A stretch of DNA of 64,000 nucleotides from a bacterium (GTDB lineage Bacteria; Bacillota_I; Bacilli_A; RF39; UBA660), in contig CAVKUP010000001.1 in the NCBI GenBank assembly GCA_963659735.1, forward strand, positions 1,166 through 65,165, given 5' to 3'. Below, in pieces: positions 1 through 10,016 of the stretch. How positions within the stretch are numbered: the first letter of the stretch is position 1; each line of letters starts with the position of its first letter. The position numbers and the translations under genes were made by a program. The notes beneath the pieces are model-generated. The model did no database searches and was not told where the DNA came from. It saw nothing but the letters and a program-made list of their open reading frames with translations.

Positions 1-635
1 TCGATTGAATCTGGTTCGTGGATTAATAGTATTTTGTAAATGGGTCCATTTTTTTCAAATGAATTTAAATAATCTATTGCAGATTTTAACTTATCATTTA
101 TGTTTGTTTTGTCATTTGTTGAGCTTGCTCCAGCTATAAGCATGTTAACATACCCTTTATTATATATTGTATCATATGTGTTATTTAAATCGGTAAATCC
201 ACCATTTTGTATTATACTAATCCATTCATCGAATTTTATATCATTTTCGCCACTAATCGCATATTTGCCTGATTGTGCGTTTATTTTATTTAGTTCATTT
301 GAAATTTCATTAGCCATGCTTGTTGTCATATTTATTTTTTTATCTATTAAATCACCGGTTAGAACTACTATGTCTGGTTTTTGCTCATTTATTTTTTTTA
401 CGAGTTTTTTAAGTTGTTTAAGATTAAATGTTTCACCGTAGTGTATATCAGATATTTGAACTATTTTAAAACCATTGAAGTTATCAGTAAGGTTGGTTAT
501 TGTTATTTTATATTCTTTTACAGTTATTAATTTTGGTTCAACGAAAAATCCATAAGCACACATTATAGATATAATAAAAATAATTAATAAAACTAATTTT
601 AGAAGGGAAAAATGTTTTTCTTTTTTCTTAGCCAT
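1..635 (-). CDS. Partial (3' truncated by window edge) membrane-anchored calcineurin-like metallophosphoesterase
   Basis: Minus-strand ORF not in the supplied track because it runs off the window. It starts with ATG (complement of cat at 633-635) behind a GGTGA RBS. Translation is MAKKKEKHFSLLKLVLLIIFIISIM..., then IVVLTGDLIDKK and ILLIHEP motifs typical of metallophosphoesterases. Confidence 0.7.
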   Translation of the reverse strand, partial: MAKKKEKHFSLLKLVLLIIFIISIMCAYGFFVEPKLITVKEYKITITNLTDNFNGFKIVQISDIHYGETFNLKQLKKLVKKINEQKPDIVVLTGDLIDKKINMTTSMANEISNELNKINAQSGKYAISGENDIKFDEWISIIQNGGFTDLNNTYDTIYNKGYVNMLIAGASSTNDKTNINDKLKSAIDYLNSFEKNGPIYKILLIHEPDSI

Positions 636-683
636 GTAATCACCTATAGTAATTTTAACATAAATAAAAAAAAGACAAAAGTC

Positions 684-1388
684 TTATGTAAAAATTAGTA
701 TGAATGTTTGCATAGCTATTATCATTCCATTATGCATGAAATGAAATCCCATTGACACAAAGATATTGTTTGTTTTTTTAAGCATGTAGGCAAAGGCAAA
801 GCCACAACTGCAGTAGGCAATTAGGTGCAGGGGAAATAGGTAATTTACTGGTGTTGTTAGTAGATGAAGGCCACCAAAGATTAAGCTTGATATTGTTATG
901 AATAAAAAATCATTTTTAAATATAGCTCTAAAGCTTAATCTAAATACTGTTTCTTCTATTATGGGTGCGAGTATGACGGCTGAGATAAATGTATAGATTG
1001 GATATAATTCAAACTCTGATCTGACTGCAGCTTCGTTGTTTGATATGCCTCCCCCTAATATGTTTATTATAGAGTTTGCTAGTAACATGAATATGAGTGC
1101 TAGTATGTAGTATTTTAAATATGTATTAAAGTATGTTAGATGGTTTTTTTTAATATCTTGATATGCTTTTTTGAATTCTTTTTCAAATATTGAATATATT
1201 AATATAAGTATAAGCATTTCTACACCTAAAGAGTATAATATTTTTGAAATGCTTGATAAATCTGATATATTTATGTGCAGTAGTATAAAAGGTAGACTTT
1301 GATATTTACTAAGTAAAAAGTAAATTAGTATCGCACTTAGACCTTTTATTATATATGTTATTTCATTTTTATCTGTTCTTGTTATCAT
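684..1388 (-). CDS. CPBP family intramembrane metalloprotease (CAAX protease/Abi family)
   Basis: Polytopic membrane protein with the family motifs EETVFRLSFR (EExxxR), FGGLHL (FxxxH) and HFMHNG (HxxxN). Confidence 0.8.
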   Translation of the reverse strand: MITRTDKNEITYIIKGLSAILIYFLLSKYQSLPFILLHINISDLSSISKILYSLGVEMLILILIYSIFEKEFKKAYQDIKKNHLTYFNTYLKYYILALIFMLLANSIINILGGGISNNEAAVRSEFELYPIYTFISAVILAPIIEETVFRLSFRAIFKNDFLFITISSLIFGGLHLLTTPVNYLFPLHLIAYCSCGFAFAYMLKKTNNIFVSMGFHFMHNGMIIAMQTFILIFT

Positions 1389-1460
1389 TTATATCACCAA
1401 ATTTATTATACTTAAATTTAGTGAAATTTTAAAGAAAAGTTTTAAATTATGTGTAAAGTA

Positions 1461-1469
1461 TGGTATAAT
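1461..1469 (+). promoter_or_regulatory. Extended -10 element (TGgTATAAT) of the probable rimP-nusA-infB operon promoter
   Basis: TATAAT at 1464-1469 preceded by TG at 1461-1462. The -35 is weak (tttaaa region). Confidence 0.5.
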
Positions 1470-1490
1470 CTTTTGTAGACGTGCAGAAAA

Positions 1491-1510
1491 AGAGTGGGGT
1501 GGCCCACTCT
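1491..1510 (+). promoter_or_regulatory. GC-rich perfect 8-bp hairpin in the nusA operon leader (candidate attenuator)
   Basis: agagtggg / gtgg loop / cccactct, exact reverse complement. It lies between the promoter and the rimP RBS (GGAGGTG at 1523-1529). Confidence 0.5.
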
Positions 1511-1532
1511 TTAATGTAGTTTTGGAGGTGTT

Positions 1533-1796
1533 ATGTTGGAAGATAAGATAAGAGGTTTATTAGAAAAGAAAATTAATGAGGCTGGATATATTTTAGATGA
1601 GGTATTTTATGGTAAGGAAGAAAATGTAAATACCTTAAGACTTGTTATTGATAAATCTGGTTTTATTAATGTTGGTGATTGTGTTAAGGTAAATGAAATT
1701 GTAAATCCAATATTAGATGAAAATGATCCAATTAGTGAAAGCTATGTTTTAGATGTTTGTTCTAAGGAAAAAGGAGATGATAGTGATGGACAGTAA
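1533..1796 (+). CDS. rimP: Ribosome maturation factor RimP, N-terminal-domain-only (short) form
   Basis: Precedes nusA as in the Firmicutes rimP-nusA-ylxR-infB operon. DPISESYVLDVCS matches the RimP N-domain. It ends at 87 aa, overlapping the nusA RBS. Confidence 0.6.
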   Translation: MLEDKIRGLLEKKINEAGYILDEVFYGKEENVNTLRLVIDKSGFINVGDCVKVNEIVNPILDENDPISESYVLDVCSKEKGDDSDGQ

Positions 1797-2940
1797 AAAG
1801 TTTTTATTAGCTGTTAATAATTTGTCAAAGGAAAAGGGTATTGATAAAGATACAATATTTGATGCAATGGAATTAGCTCTTACAAGTGCTTATAAGAAAA
1901 ATTATCATTCTCTTTCTAATGTCCGTGTTGACATTAATAGAGAAACTGGTGAGATAAAGATATTTTCATATAAGACTGTTGTTTTTAATGAAGAGTTTGA
2001 AAAGGAAGATGGAGTTTTAGAAAAAGAAATTATTACTGATGAAGATGGTAATGAGGAAGAGGTTGAAAAGGAATTTTATTTTGATGATAGAATTCATATA
2101 ACTTTGGAAGATGCTTTAAAGAAGGTTCCTGGTATTAAGATTGGTGATACTATTGAAAAGGAAGTTACTCCAAAGGATTTTGGTAGGGTTGCAGCTGCTA
2201 CTGCAAAACAGGTTGTTGTCCAAAAGATTAGAGAAGCTGAAAGAGAAATTATTAATGAGGAGTTTGCTGATAAGCAAGATGAGATGGTTACTGGTATAGT
2301 AGCTATGGAAGATCAAAGAAATTATTATGTTGATTTAGGTAGAACTCAAGGTATTTTACCTAAAAGTGAGATTATTCCGGGTGAGACTATTAAAATGTCA
2401 TCTAGTTTAAAGGTTTATATTACTAAGGTTGAAAATAATTCTAAGGGACCTTTAATTTTACTTTCTAGAAAACATTATGGTTTTGTTAAAAGATTATTTG
2501 AACTTGAAATACCTGAAATTAATGAGGGAATTATTTTAGTTTATAGTGTTGCTAGAGAAGCTGGTAATAGAACTAAGATTGCTGTTTATTCTGAGAATCC
2601 TAATGTTGATCCTGTTGGTTCTTGTATTGGTGAGAAAGGTAGTAGAATAAATCGTATTATTAATGAATTAAATGGTGAAAAAATCGATATTGTTAAATAT
2701 GAATCTGATGATAGTAGATTTATTGAAAATGCTTTAAGTCCTGCTCGCGATTTGCACGTTTTCATTACTGATGATAAAAAGAAGGAAGCTTTGGTTGTTG
2801 TTAATAATGAAAATCTTTCACTTGCTATTGGTAAGAAAGGTTTGAATGTTAGACTCGCTTCTAGATTAACTCATTATAAATTAGATGTTCAGACTACTGA
2901 ACAAGCTAAAGAAAATGGTATTAGTATTGTTGAGGATTAG
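1786..2940 (+). CDS. nusA: Transcription termination/antitermination factor NusA
   Basis: MDSKKFLLAVNNLSKEKGI... N-terminal domain, with S1 and KH (GEKGSRINRI; IGKKGLNVRLAS) motifs. AAGGAG RBS upstream of the ATG at 1786; the track ORF began at an upstream in-frame Met. Confidence 0.9.
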   Translation: MDSKKFLLAVNNLSKEKGIDKDTIFDAMELALTSAYKKNYHSLSNVRVDINRETGEIKIFSYKTVVFNEEFEKEDGVLEKEIITDEDGNEEEVEKEFYFDDRIHITLEDALKKVPGIKIGDTIEKEVTPKDFGRVAAATAKQVVVQKIREAEREIINEEFADKQDEMVTGIVAMEDQRNYYVDLGRTQGILPKSEIIPGETIKMSSSLKVYITKVENNSKGPLILLSRKHYGFVKRLFELEIPEINEGIILVYSVAREAGNRTKIAVYSENPNVDPVGSCIGEKGSRINRIINELNGEKIDIVKYESDDSRFIENALSPARDLHVFITDDKKKEALVVVNNENLSLAIGKKGLNVRLASRLTHYKLDVQTTEQAKENGISIVED

Positions 2941-2943
2941 TTT

Positions 2944-3201
2944 ATGAAGATGAAGAAAATACCAATGAGAATGTGCGTTGTTACAAGAGAAAAGTTGCCT
3001 AAGTATGAACTTATTAGGGTAGTTAAGACTGATGATGGTGTTATTGTTGATAAAACAGGAAAGGTTAATGGTAGAGGAGCTTATTTAAAAAAAGATAAAG
3101 AGGTATTTTTAAAAGCTAAAAATAGTAAAATATTAAATAGGCAATTGGAAACTACTGTTGATGATAAGGTGTTTGATGAATTAAATAGTTTATTAGATTA
3201 G
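2944..3201 (+). CDS. ylxR: YlxR/RnpM family (DUF448) RNA-binding protein
   Basis: MRMCVVTREKLPKYELIRVV motif; conserved position between nusA and infB. Confidence 0.8.
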   Translation: MKMKKIPMRMCVVTREKLPKYELIRVVKTDDGVIVDKTGKVNGRGAYLKKDKEVFLKAKNSKILNRQLETTVDDKVFDELNSLLD

Positions 3202-3218
3202 AAAGAAGGTGCTTAAGT

Positions 3219-5297
3219 ATGATGAGCGTGAGAGAATATGCGGAAGATATTAACCGTGATGTTTTAGAGGTTTTAGATAAATGTTTAGAGCTAGATATTG
3301 ATGTTAAAACGGCTGATGATGTGCTTGATGAGGAAGCTATTATTATGCTTGACAGTAGTTTTGATGAAATTAGTGAAGAGATGGAAGATGAAGAAATTGC
3401 TGAAGAGGTAGCTTTGGAAGAGAGCGGAATTGATTCTAAGAAAAAACCTAAAAAGGTTAAAAAGCCTGATAATAAGAAAGCATTTGCTCAAAAGAAAAAA
3501 GCAATGTATAAAAGTAAGGAAAAATTGCAAAGTAATGCACCTATAGATAATGATAATATTATTTTGTATAAAGAGAATATGACTATATCACAGCTTGCTA
3601 AAGATATGAATATTGCAGCTAGTGAACTTATTAAGAAATTATTTTCTTTAGGTTTGATGGTTAATATTAATAGTCCTGTTTCTTTTGAAAATGCAGAAAT
3701 TATTGTTTTAGATTATGGCAAAGAATTAAAGAAGGAATCTACTTTAGATGTAGCTAATTTTGAAGAATTTGAGGTAACTGATAGGGAAGAGGATTTAGTT
3801 ACTAGACCTGCTGTTGTTACTATTATGGGACATGTTGATCATGGTAAAACTACTTTACTTGATGCAATTAGAAAGACTAATGTTGCTGAAGGTGAGGCTG
3901 GAGGAATTACTCAAGCTATTAGTGCATATCAAGTTGAAAGAGATGGAAAAAAGATTACATTTATTGATACTCCTGGACATGCGGCTTTTACTGAAATGCG
4001 TGCTAGAGGTGCTAGTATAACTGATATTGTTATTATTATAGTAGCTGCTGATGATGGTGTTATGCCTCAAACTAGAGAAGCTATTGATCATGCTAAGGCA
4101 GCTGGCGTTCCTATTATTGTAGCTGTTAATAAGATGGATAAACCAGGTGCTAATCCTGATAAGGTTATGAATGAGATGGCTGAGGCTGGTCTTATGCCAG
4201 AACAGTGGGGTGGAGATGTTATATTTAGTCAAATTTCTGCTGTTAATGGCGATGGTATTGATGAGCTTTTAGAAAATATTTTGCTTGTTTCTGAAGTTAA
4301 TAATTATAGAGCTAATCCTAATCGTTATGCGATGGGTACGGTTGTTGAATCAAAGTTAGATAAACATTTAGGACCTATTGTTACTGTTTTGGTTCAAAAT
4401 GGTACTTTACGTTTAGGTGATCCTGTTGTTGTTGGTAGTTTTTTTGGTAAGGTAAGAACACTTCGTAATGATAAGGGTGAAGAGATTACAATGGCTTTAC
4501 CTAGTCAACCTGTTGAAATTACTGGTCTTAATGGTGTACCTTCAGCTGGTGATAAGTTTATGGCTTTTGAAAGTGAAAAGGAAGCTAAGGCAATTGCTGC
4601 TAAAAGGGCTATTCAAGCTAAAGAAAAAGAAAATAAAGCTAAAGCATCTGTTTCTTTGGATGATTTATTTGCTCAAATTGGTGAAGGTTTAAAAGAGATA
4701 AATGTTATTATTAAAGCTGATGTAAATGGTAGTAGTGAAGCTGTTAAAAATAGTTTACAGAAGATTGAAGTTGATGGAGTTAAGATAAATGTTATTAGAA
4801 GTAGTGTTGGTGGCATTACTGAAAGTGATATTGTTTTAGCTAAGGCTTCTAATGCTATTATTATTGGTTTTAATGTAAGACCTAGTAATATAATTAAAGA
4901 TAAAGCTAAAGCTGATGGCGTTGAAATTAGATTTTATAATATTATTTATAAAGCAGTTGAAGAGATGGAAAATGCTATGAAGGGTATGCTTGATCCTGAA
5001 TATGAAGAAAATGTTTTAGGGTCTGCTGAGATTAGACAAATATTTAAGTTTTCTAAGATTGGTAATATTGCGGGCTCTTTTATAACTGATGGTGCTGTCA
5101 GACGTGATAGTAATGCTAGAGTTATTCGTAATGGTGTTGTTATTTATGATGGTAAAATTGGTTCTTTACAACGTGAAAAAGATAGTGTTAAAGAAGTTAA
5201 AAAAGGTTATGAATGTGGTATTACTGTTGATAATTTTAATGATATTAAAGTTGGAGATATTATAGAAGCTTATGAAATGGTGGAGATTGCTAGATGA
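3219..5297 (+). CDS. infB: Translation initiation factor IF-2
   Basis: GTPase G1-G4 ([21 protein letters not shown]). Lys/Glu-rich N-terminal region. Operon position. Confidence 0.95.
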   Translation: MMSVREYAEDINRDVLEVLDKCLELDIDVKTADDVLDEEAIIMLDSSFDEISEEMEDEEIAEEVALEESGIDSKKKPKKVKKPDNKKAFAQKKKAMYKSKEKLQSNAPIDNDNIILYKENMTISQLAKDMNIAASELIKKLFSLGLMVNINSPVSFENAEIIVLDYGKELKKESTLDVANFEEFEVTDREEDLVTRPAVVTIMGHVDHGKTTLLDAIRKTNVAEGEAGGITQAISAYQVERDGKKITFIDTPGHAAFTEMRARGASITDIVIIIVAADDGVMPQTREAIDHAKAAGVPIIVAVNKMDKPGANPDKVMNEMAEAGLMPEQWGGDVIFSQISAVNGDGIDELLENILLVSEVNNYRANPNRYAMGTVVESKLDKHLGPIVTVLVQNGTLRLGDPVVVGSFFGKVRTLRNDKGEEITMALPSQPVEITGLNGVPSAGDKFMAFESEKEAKAIAAKRAIQAKEKENKAKASVSLDDLFAQIGEGLKEINVIIKADVNGSSEAVKNSLQKIEVDGVKINVIRSSVGGITESDIVLAKASNAIIIGFNVRPSNIIKDKAKADGVEIRFYNIIYKAVEEMENAMKGMLDPEYEENVLGSAEIRQIFKFSKIGNIAGSFITDGAVRRDSNARVIRNGVVIYDGKIGSLQREKDSVKEVKKGYECGITVDNFNDIKVGDIIEAYEMVEIAR

Positions 5298-5632
5298 GTG
5301 TTAAAATAGAGAGAATTTCTGATGCTTTGATTGAACAGATTAGTTATATAATTGCTAATGAGGTAAAAAATGGTATTAAGTTTGTTACTATAACTGATGT
5401 AAAGGTTAGTGGTGATTTATCATTTGCCAAGGTATATTTTACGGTTTTGGATGAAAGCAAAAAAGATGAAGTTTTAAAAATTTTAAAAGAAGCTAGTGGT
5501 TTTATTAGACATGAACTCAGGGACAGAGTAGAGATTAGACAAATACCTGATTTGAAGTTTGTTTACGATGATACAATCGATCATGCTAAAAAAATTGAGG
5601 ATATTATCGAAAAATTACATGAAGATTGTTGA
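5294..5632 (+). CDS. rbfA: Ribosome-binding factor A
   Basis: Follows infB with a 4-nt overlap. KH-like RbfA sequence (FVTITDVKVSGDLSFAKVYF). Confidence 0.85.
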   Translation: MSVKIERISDALIEQISYIIANEVKNGIKFVTITDVKVSGDLSFAKVYFTVLDESKKDEVLKILKEASGFIRHELRDRVEIRQIPDLKFVYDDTIDHAKKIEDIIEKLHEDC

Positions 5633-5657
5633 CATGTATAGTAAATTTGTGTATAAT
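5629..5657 (+). promoter_or_regulatory. Sigma-A promoter of the infC-rpmI-rplT operon
   Basis: TTGACA at 5629-5634, exact 17-nt spacer, TATAAT at 5652-5657. Sits inside the rbfA stop region. Confidence 0.7.
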
Positions 5658-5659
5658 CT

Positions 5660-5777
5660 GTTGTGTAATTTGAAAAGGAAAGAAGAAGTGTCCACTTCTC
5701 ACCTGATTGCTTATAGGCGATGGGTAAATGCTGATGTTTATTAATGCAGGTGGATACTCTTTGTATTCACTTTTTTA
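5660..5777 (+). ncRNA. Probable L20-responsive leader RNA of the infC operon (cis-regulatory)
   Basis: About 120-nt untranslated leader between the promoter and infC. Its position matches the L20 autoregulatory leader of Firmicutes; the structure was not verified. Confidence 0.4.
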
Positions 5778-6320
5778 TTGGAGGTGTCTAGTATCGCAAA
5801 GGAAAAAGGTTTGTATATTAACGAACAAATACGAGCAAAGGAAGTTATGGTAATTGGTCCTAATGGTGAACAGTTAGGTGTTAAACCAATTAAAGATGCA
5901 CTTACTTTGGCTAATTATGCAGGATTTGATTTAGTACTTATGAATCCAGGTGGTAAACCACCAGTTTGTAAAATAATGGATTATAATCGTTATAAGTATG
6001 AAAGCAAGAAGAAACAAAAAGAGAACATGAAAAGACAACGTGAAGCTAATTTAGATATGAAAGAGTATAAATTATCTGTTACTATTGATGTTCATGATTT
6101 TAATACTAAACTTAAAAATGCAACTAAGTATTTAGAAAAAGGTCATAAGGTTAAGGTTAGTGTTAGATTTAAAGGTAGAGAAATTACTCATAGTAATTTG
6201 GGTAAAGAAGTTCTTATGCGTTTTGCAGAACAGGCAAAGGATGTTGCAATTATTGAACAAATGCCAAAACTTGAAGGTCGTATTATGGCATTGATACTTG
6301 CACCAAATAAGGAAAAATAG
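5778..6320 (+). CDS. infC: Translation initiation factor IF-3. The true start is probably the non-canonical ATC at 5793 rather than the TTG at 5778.
   Basis: INEQIRAKEVMVIGPNGEQLGV matches the IF-3 N-terminus. GGAGGTG (5780-5786) is an RBS that overlaps the TTG, and ATC lies 6 nt downstream. infC classically uses an atypical AUU/AUA-type start. Confidence 0.85.
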   Translation: MEVSSIAKEKGLYINEQIRAKEVMVIGPNGEQLGVKPIKDALTLANYAGFDLVLMNPGGKPPVCKIMDYNRYKYESKKKQKENMKRQREANLDMKEYKLSVTIDVHDFNTKLKNATKYLEKGHKVKVSVRFKGREITHSNLGKEVLMRFAEQAKDVAIIEQMPKLEGRIMALILAPNKEK

Positions 6321-6330
6321 GAGGAAGATT

Positions 6331-6531
6331 ATGGCTAAAATTAAAGCAAAATCACATAAAGGGTTATCAAAAGTTTTAAAGGTTAGAAAAAGTGGTTCAG
6401 TTAAATTTCAACCAGCTAACAAAAATCATAAGTTAACTCATAAGAGTAATCAATCAAGAAGAAGAAGACATCATGATTCAGGTTTAAGTATATCTGATAC
6501 AAGAAGATTAAAAGATTTAATTAATAAGTAA
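6331..6531 (+). CDS. rpmI: 50S ribosomal protein L35
   Basis: [26 protein letters not shown]... GGAGGAAG RBS. Confidence 0.9.
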   Translation: MAKIKAKSHKGLSKVLKVRKSGSVKFQPANKNHKLTHKSNQSRRRRHHDSGLSISDTRRLKDLINK

Positions 6532-6545
6532 AGGGAGGAATTAAA

Positions 6546-7100
6546 ATGAGAGTTAAAGGTGGAACTATTCATCGTGCTCGCCGTAAAAAAGCTTTGAAAC
6601 AAGCTAAAGGTTATTTCGGTAGTAAGCACAGATTATATAAAACAGCTAAAGAACAAGTTATGCATTCAGGAGCTTATGCTTATAGAGATAGAAAAAATAG
6701 AAAAAGAGATTTTAGAAAATTATGGGTTACTAGAATTAATGCGGCTTGCCGTTTAAATGAAATTAGTTATTCTAAATTTATTAGTGGTTTAAATAAAGCT
6801 AATATTGAAATTAATAGAAAGATGCTTGCTGAAATTGCTGTTGATGATCCAAAAGCATTTACTGAAATTGTTAATGCTGCTAAAGCTGCATTAGAAGGCA
6901 AGGAATATAAAGCAAAAGTTTCAAAAGAAGTAAAAAAAGAAGAAACTAAAAAAGAGACAGTTAAGAAAGAGGCTGTTAAAGAAGAAAAAACTGATTTATC
7001 TAAAATGACAGTTGCAGAACTTAAAAAATTAGCTAAAGAAAAAAATGTTGAAGGTTATTCTACAATGAAAAAAGCTGAGTTATTAGATGCTTTAAAATAG
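6546..7100 (+). CDS. rplT: 50S ribosomal protein L20 with an extra ~65-aa C-terminal Lys/Glu-rich linker plus Rho_N/SAP-like helix-hairpin
   Basis: The N-terminal 118 aa are canonical L20 ([15 protein letters not shown]...). The C-terminus ...[34 protein letters not shown] resembles the Rho N-terminal domain fold. Confidence 0.9.
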   Translation: MRVKGGTIHRARRKKALKQAKGYFGSKHRLYKTAKEQVMHSGAYAYRDRKNRKRDFRKLWVTRINAACRLNEISYSKFISGLNKANIEINRKMLAEIAVDDPKAFTEIVNAAKAALEGKEYKAKVSKEVKKEETKKETVKKEAVKEEKTDLSKMTVAELKKLAKEKNVEGYSTMKKAELLDALK

Positions 7101-7128
7101 AATAACTTCTTTTTGTATTGGAGGGTTT

Positions 7129-7614
7129 ATGAGAAAGTTATACATTGATTTTGATGGGGTTATTTATAATTCTATTGATGTTTCTTATAAGATGGCAAAT
7201 GAGAAAAATATGAAAACTGAAAGAGAATTTTATTTGTTTTATAAGAATTTAGATTGGAAAGTTGTTTTGGAAAATTCTTGTGAGATTAATAATGCTTTTA
7301 GTAATATTAAAAAACTTAGCAAATTTTATGATGTTGCTATTTTAACTCATGTTGTTTCTTTGGATGAGGTTTTAGAAAAAGTAAATATAATAAGAAACCA
7401 TTTAGACGATATAAATATTATTTCGGTTCCAAAGTCTATTTCTAAAACTAAGATGGTGTGTGCTAAAGATGCCATTTTGGTTGATGATTATGTTCAGAAT
7501 TTGATTGAATGGAAAAATGCTGATGGAATTGGAATTAAATTTGATTTAGACATGGATGGAAAAGGTTTTCCTGTTATTGATAGGCTTGATAAAGTGGTAG
7601 AAATTTTAAAGTAG
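7129..7614 (+). CDS. HAD-superfamily 5'(3')-deoxyribonucleotidase-like protein
   Basis: N-terminal YIDFDGVIY (HAD motif I DxDGV). Confidence 0.5.
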   Translation: MRKLYIDFDGVIYNSIDVSYKMANEKNMKTEREFYLFYKNLDWKVVLENSCEINNAFSNIKKLSKFYDVAILTHVVSLDEVLEKVNIIRNHLDDINIISVPKSISKTKMVCAKDAILVDDYVQNLIEWKNADGIGIKFDLDMDGKGFPVIDRLDKVVEILK

Positions 7615-7669
7615 GTATGTACAAAATATAGTAAAAAATGTTATAATTGTTGTGCTTGGAGATGAGGAT

Positions 7670-8662
7670 ATGTTAGTATTAGCCAAAGCGGTTTTATCAA
7701 TTATGTTAGGTTTTTCCTTTTCAGTCGTTTTTGGCTATTTTGCTATTAAATGGCTAAAGAAAAAACATATAAGACAGCAAGTATCTAATAGTTTAGGTGA
7801 AAGACATAAGAAAAAAAACGGAACGCCAACTACTGGTGGAATAATATTTATTATTCCAACGGTTTTAATTATGATAGCTCTGGTGCTTACTGGAAAGATT
7901 GAATTTTCTACTAATTTATTTATTGTATTATTTGTGTTTATTGCGTATGCAATATTTGGATATGTTGATGATTATTTGATTATTAAAAGGCATAATAATG
8001 ATGGGCTTAGTATATTTTGGAAGCTTGTTTTACAAATTATTGTAGCTTTAATATTTTTCTATATGTTTTTAAGTAGTGGTAATGAGCCGGTTGTTGATAT
8101 TCATACGCTTGGTATTAAGATTAATTTAGGCTGGCTTTATGGAATGTTTTTACTATTTGTACTTGTAGGTAGTAGTAATGCTGTTAATATTACTGATGGA
8201 CTTGATGGACTTGCTGGTGGACTTTCAGCTATAGCATTTTTTGCTTTTGGTATTATTACTTGGGGTGCTGATTGGGCTGCTGGTAATGAAGAGGTTGCAA
8301 TATTTTGTTTTGTGCTTGTAGGTTCTTTAGTTGGATTTTTAGTTTATAATTGTTATCCTGCAAAAATATTTATGGGGGATACGGGTTCTTTATCTTTAGG
8401 TGCAGCACTCGCTACTGTAGCAATTATTACTAATCATGAGATTACGTTAATTATTGTGGCTGGAGTGTTTGTTTTGGAAACATTAAGTGTTATTGTGCAA
8501 TGGATTGCAATAAGTAAGTTTCATACTAAAGTTCTTTTGATGGCACCACTTCATCATCATTTTGAAAAGTTGGGTTGGAGTGAAGTTGATGTTGTTAGAT
8601 TATTTTGGTCAGCTGGTTTACTTTTAAGTATGGTAGCTATTGGCTTTGGTGTATGGATATAG
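7670..8662 (+). CDS. mraY: Phospho-N-acetylmuramoyl-pentapeptide transferase
   Basis: NGTPTTGGIIFI, NAVNITDGLDGLAGG and MAPLHHHFEKLGWSE motifs, collinear with B. subtilis MraY. It is not embedded in a dcw cluster here. Confidence 0.9.
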   Translation: MLVLAKAVLSIMLGFSFSVVFGYFAIKWLKKKHIRQQVSNSLGERHKKKNGTPTTGGIIFIIPTVLIMIALVLTGKIEFSTNLFIVLFVFIAYAIFGYVDDYLIIKRHNNDGLSIFWKLVLQIIVALIFFYMFLSSGNEPVVDIHTLGIKINLGWLYGMFLLFVLVGSSNAVNITDGLDGLAGGLSAIAFFAFGIITWGADWAAGNEEVAIFCFVLVGSLVGFLVYNCYPAKIFMGDTGSLSLGAALATVAIITNHEITLIIVAGVFVLETLSVIVQWIAISKFHTKVLLMAPLHHHFEKLGWSEVDVVRLFWSAGLLLSMVAIGFGVWI

Positions 8663-8678
8663 AAATTGGAGGAAGAAT

Positions 8679-9932
8679 ATGGCAAAATGTGAAAAAGAAA
8701 TTGAAATTACAATTGAAGGTAAGATTTGGGAAGAAGCTTTAGATAAGGCTTTTAATAAGGCAAATAAAAAAGCTAAGATTGATGGTTTTAGACCTGGTAA
8801 AGCTCCTAAGGATATTTTTATTAAAAAATATGGTATGGAGTCATTATATATGGATGCGGCTGATGAAGCTGCGGATGAAGCATATAAAAAATTATTAGTT
8901 GATAATAAGGAAGATATGGAGAAGATTGTTGCTCGTCCTGAGATGAATTTAACTCATGTTGATGATAAAAAAATTACTTTTAAATTTTTGTTAACTATGA
9001 GACCTGAAATTACTTTAGGAAAATATAAAGGTTTAGGTGTTAAAAAGGATAAAGTAGAAGCTAGTGCTGAAGAAATCAAACAATCTATTGACTCTATGCG
9101 TGAAAGATATGCTGAGGATGTATTAAAGGATGGTAAGATTGAAAATGGTGATGTAGCTGTTATTGATTTTGAAGGATTTATTGATGGTAAAGCTTTTGAT
9201 GGTGGAAAAGGCGAAAATTATTCTTTAAAGATTGGTAGTGGCACTTTTATTCCTGGATTTGAAGATCAATTGATTGGTTTAAAATCTGAAGATGAAAAGG
9301 ATGTTAAGGTTACTTTCCCTGAGGATTATCATGCTGAAGATTTAAAAGGTAAGGAAGCTTTATTTAAAGTTAAGGTTCATGAAGTTAAAGAAATTAAAGT
9401 TCCTGAGTTAGATAAAGAGTTTTTTGAAGATTTAGGTATGGAAGGAATTAATACTAAAGAAGAGTTAGAAGCTCAAATTTCTGAAAATATTTTAGCTCGT
9501 AAAGAAATGGATGCTGAAAATAAATATATGGATGATTTATTAGAGGCTGCTGCTAAGGATGTTAAGGTTGAAATTCCTGAAGCTATGATTGCTGAAGAGT
9601 TAGATAGAATGATTTCTCAATATGCTGAAAATTTAAAGATGCAAGGAATTAGTTTAGAACAATTTTATCAATTTACAAATTCAGATGAAACTGCTTTAAA
9701 AGATCAAATGAGACCTGAAGCTATTAAGAGAATTACTTATAGATTGATGCTTGAAGAGATTGCTGAGGCTGAGAAAATTGAAATTTCTGATGATGAAGCT
9801 AAGGAAGAGTCTAAAAAATTAGCTGAAAAATATCAAATGAAGGAAGATGATTTCTTAAAAACATTTGGTGGTTTGGAAATTGTTAAATATGATTTAAAAA
9901 TGCGTAAAGCTATGGAATTACTAAAGAAATAG
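8679..9932 (+). CDS. tig: Trigger factor
   Basis: The N-terminal ribosome-binding GFRPGKAPK motif marks trigger factor. Confidence 0.9.
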   Translation: MAKCEKEIEITIEGKIWEEALDKAFNKANKKAKIDGFRPGKAPKDIFIKKYGMESLYMDAADEAADEAYKKLLVDNKEDMEKIVARPEMNLTHVDDKKITFKFLLTMRPEITLGKYKGLGVKKDKVEASAEEIKQSIDSMRERYAEDVLKDGKIENGDVAVIDFEGFIDGKAFDGGKGENYSLKIGSGTFIPGFEDQLIGLKSEDEKDVKVTFPEDYHAEDLKGKEALFKVKVHEVKEIKVPELDKEFFEDLGMEGINTKEELEAQISENILARKEMDAENKYMDDLLEAAAKDVKVEIPEAMIAEELDRMISQYAENLKMQGISLEQFYQFTNSDETALKDQMRPEAIKRITYRLMLEEIAEAEKIEISDDEAKEESKKLAEKYQMKEDDFLKTFGGLEIVKYDLKMRKAMELLKK

Positions 9933-10016
9933 GGAAACTTATTTCTTTTTTGACATTAAAATTATAATTTTACAAGATTATATAAAAATGATATAATTAA
10001 TGAAAGGAGGAATAGA

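Noticed and set aside
100-441. 113-aa plus-strand ORF from the track
   Set aside because: It lies antisense to a well-supported partial metallophosphoesterase gene (1-635, minus strand). It has no RBS and a hydrophobic, low-complexity translation typical of shadow ORFs in AT-rich DNA.
5559-5744. 61-aa ORF spanning the rbfA 3' end and the infC leader
   Set aside because: It overlaps the infC promoter and leader, has no RBS, and is better explained as untranslated regulatory RNA.
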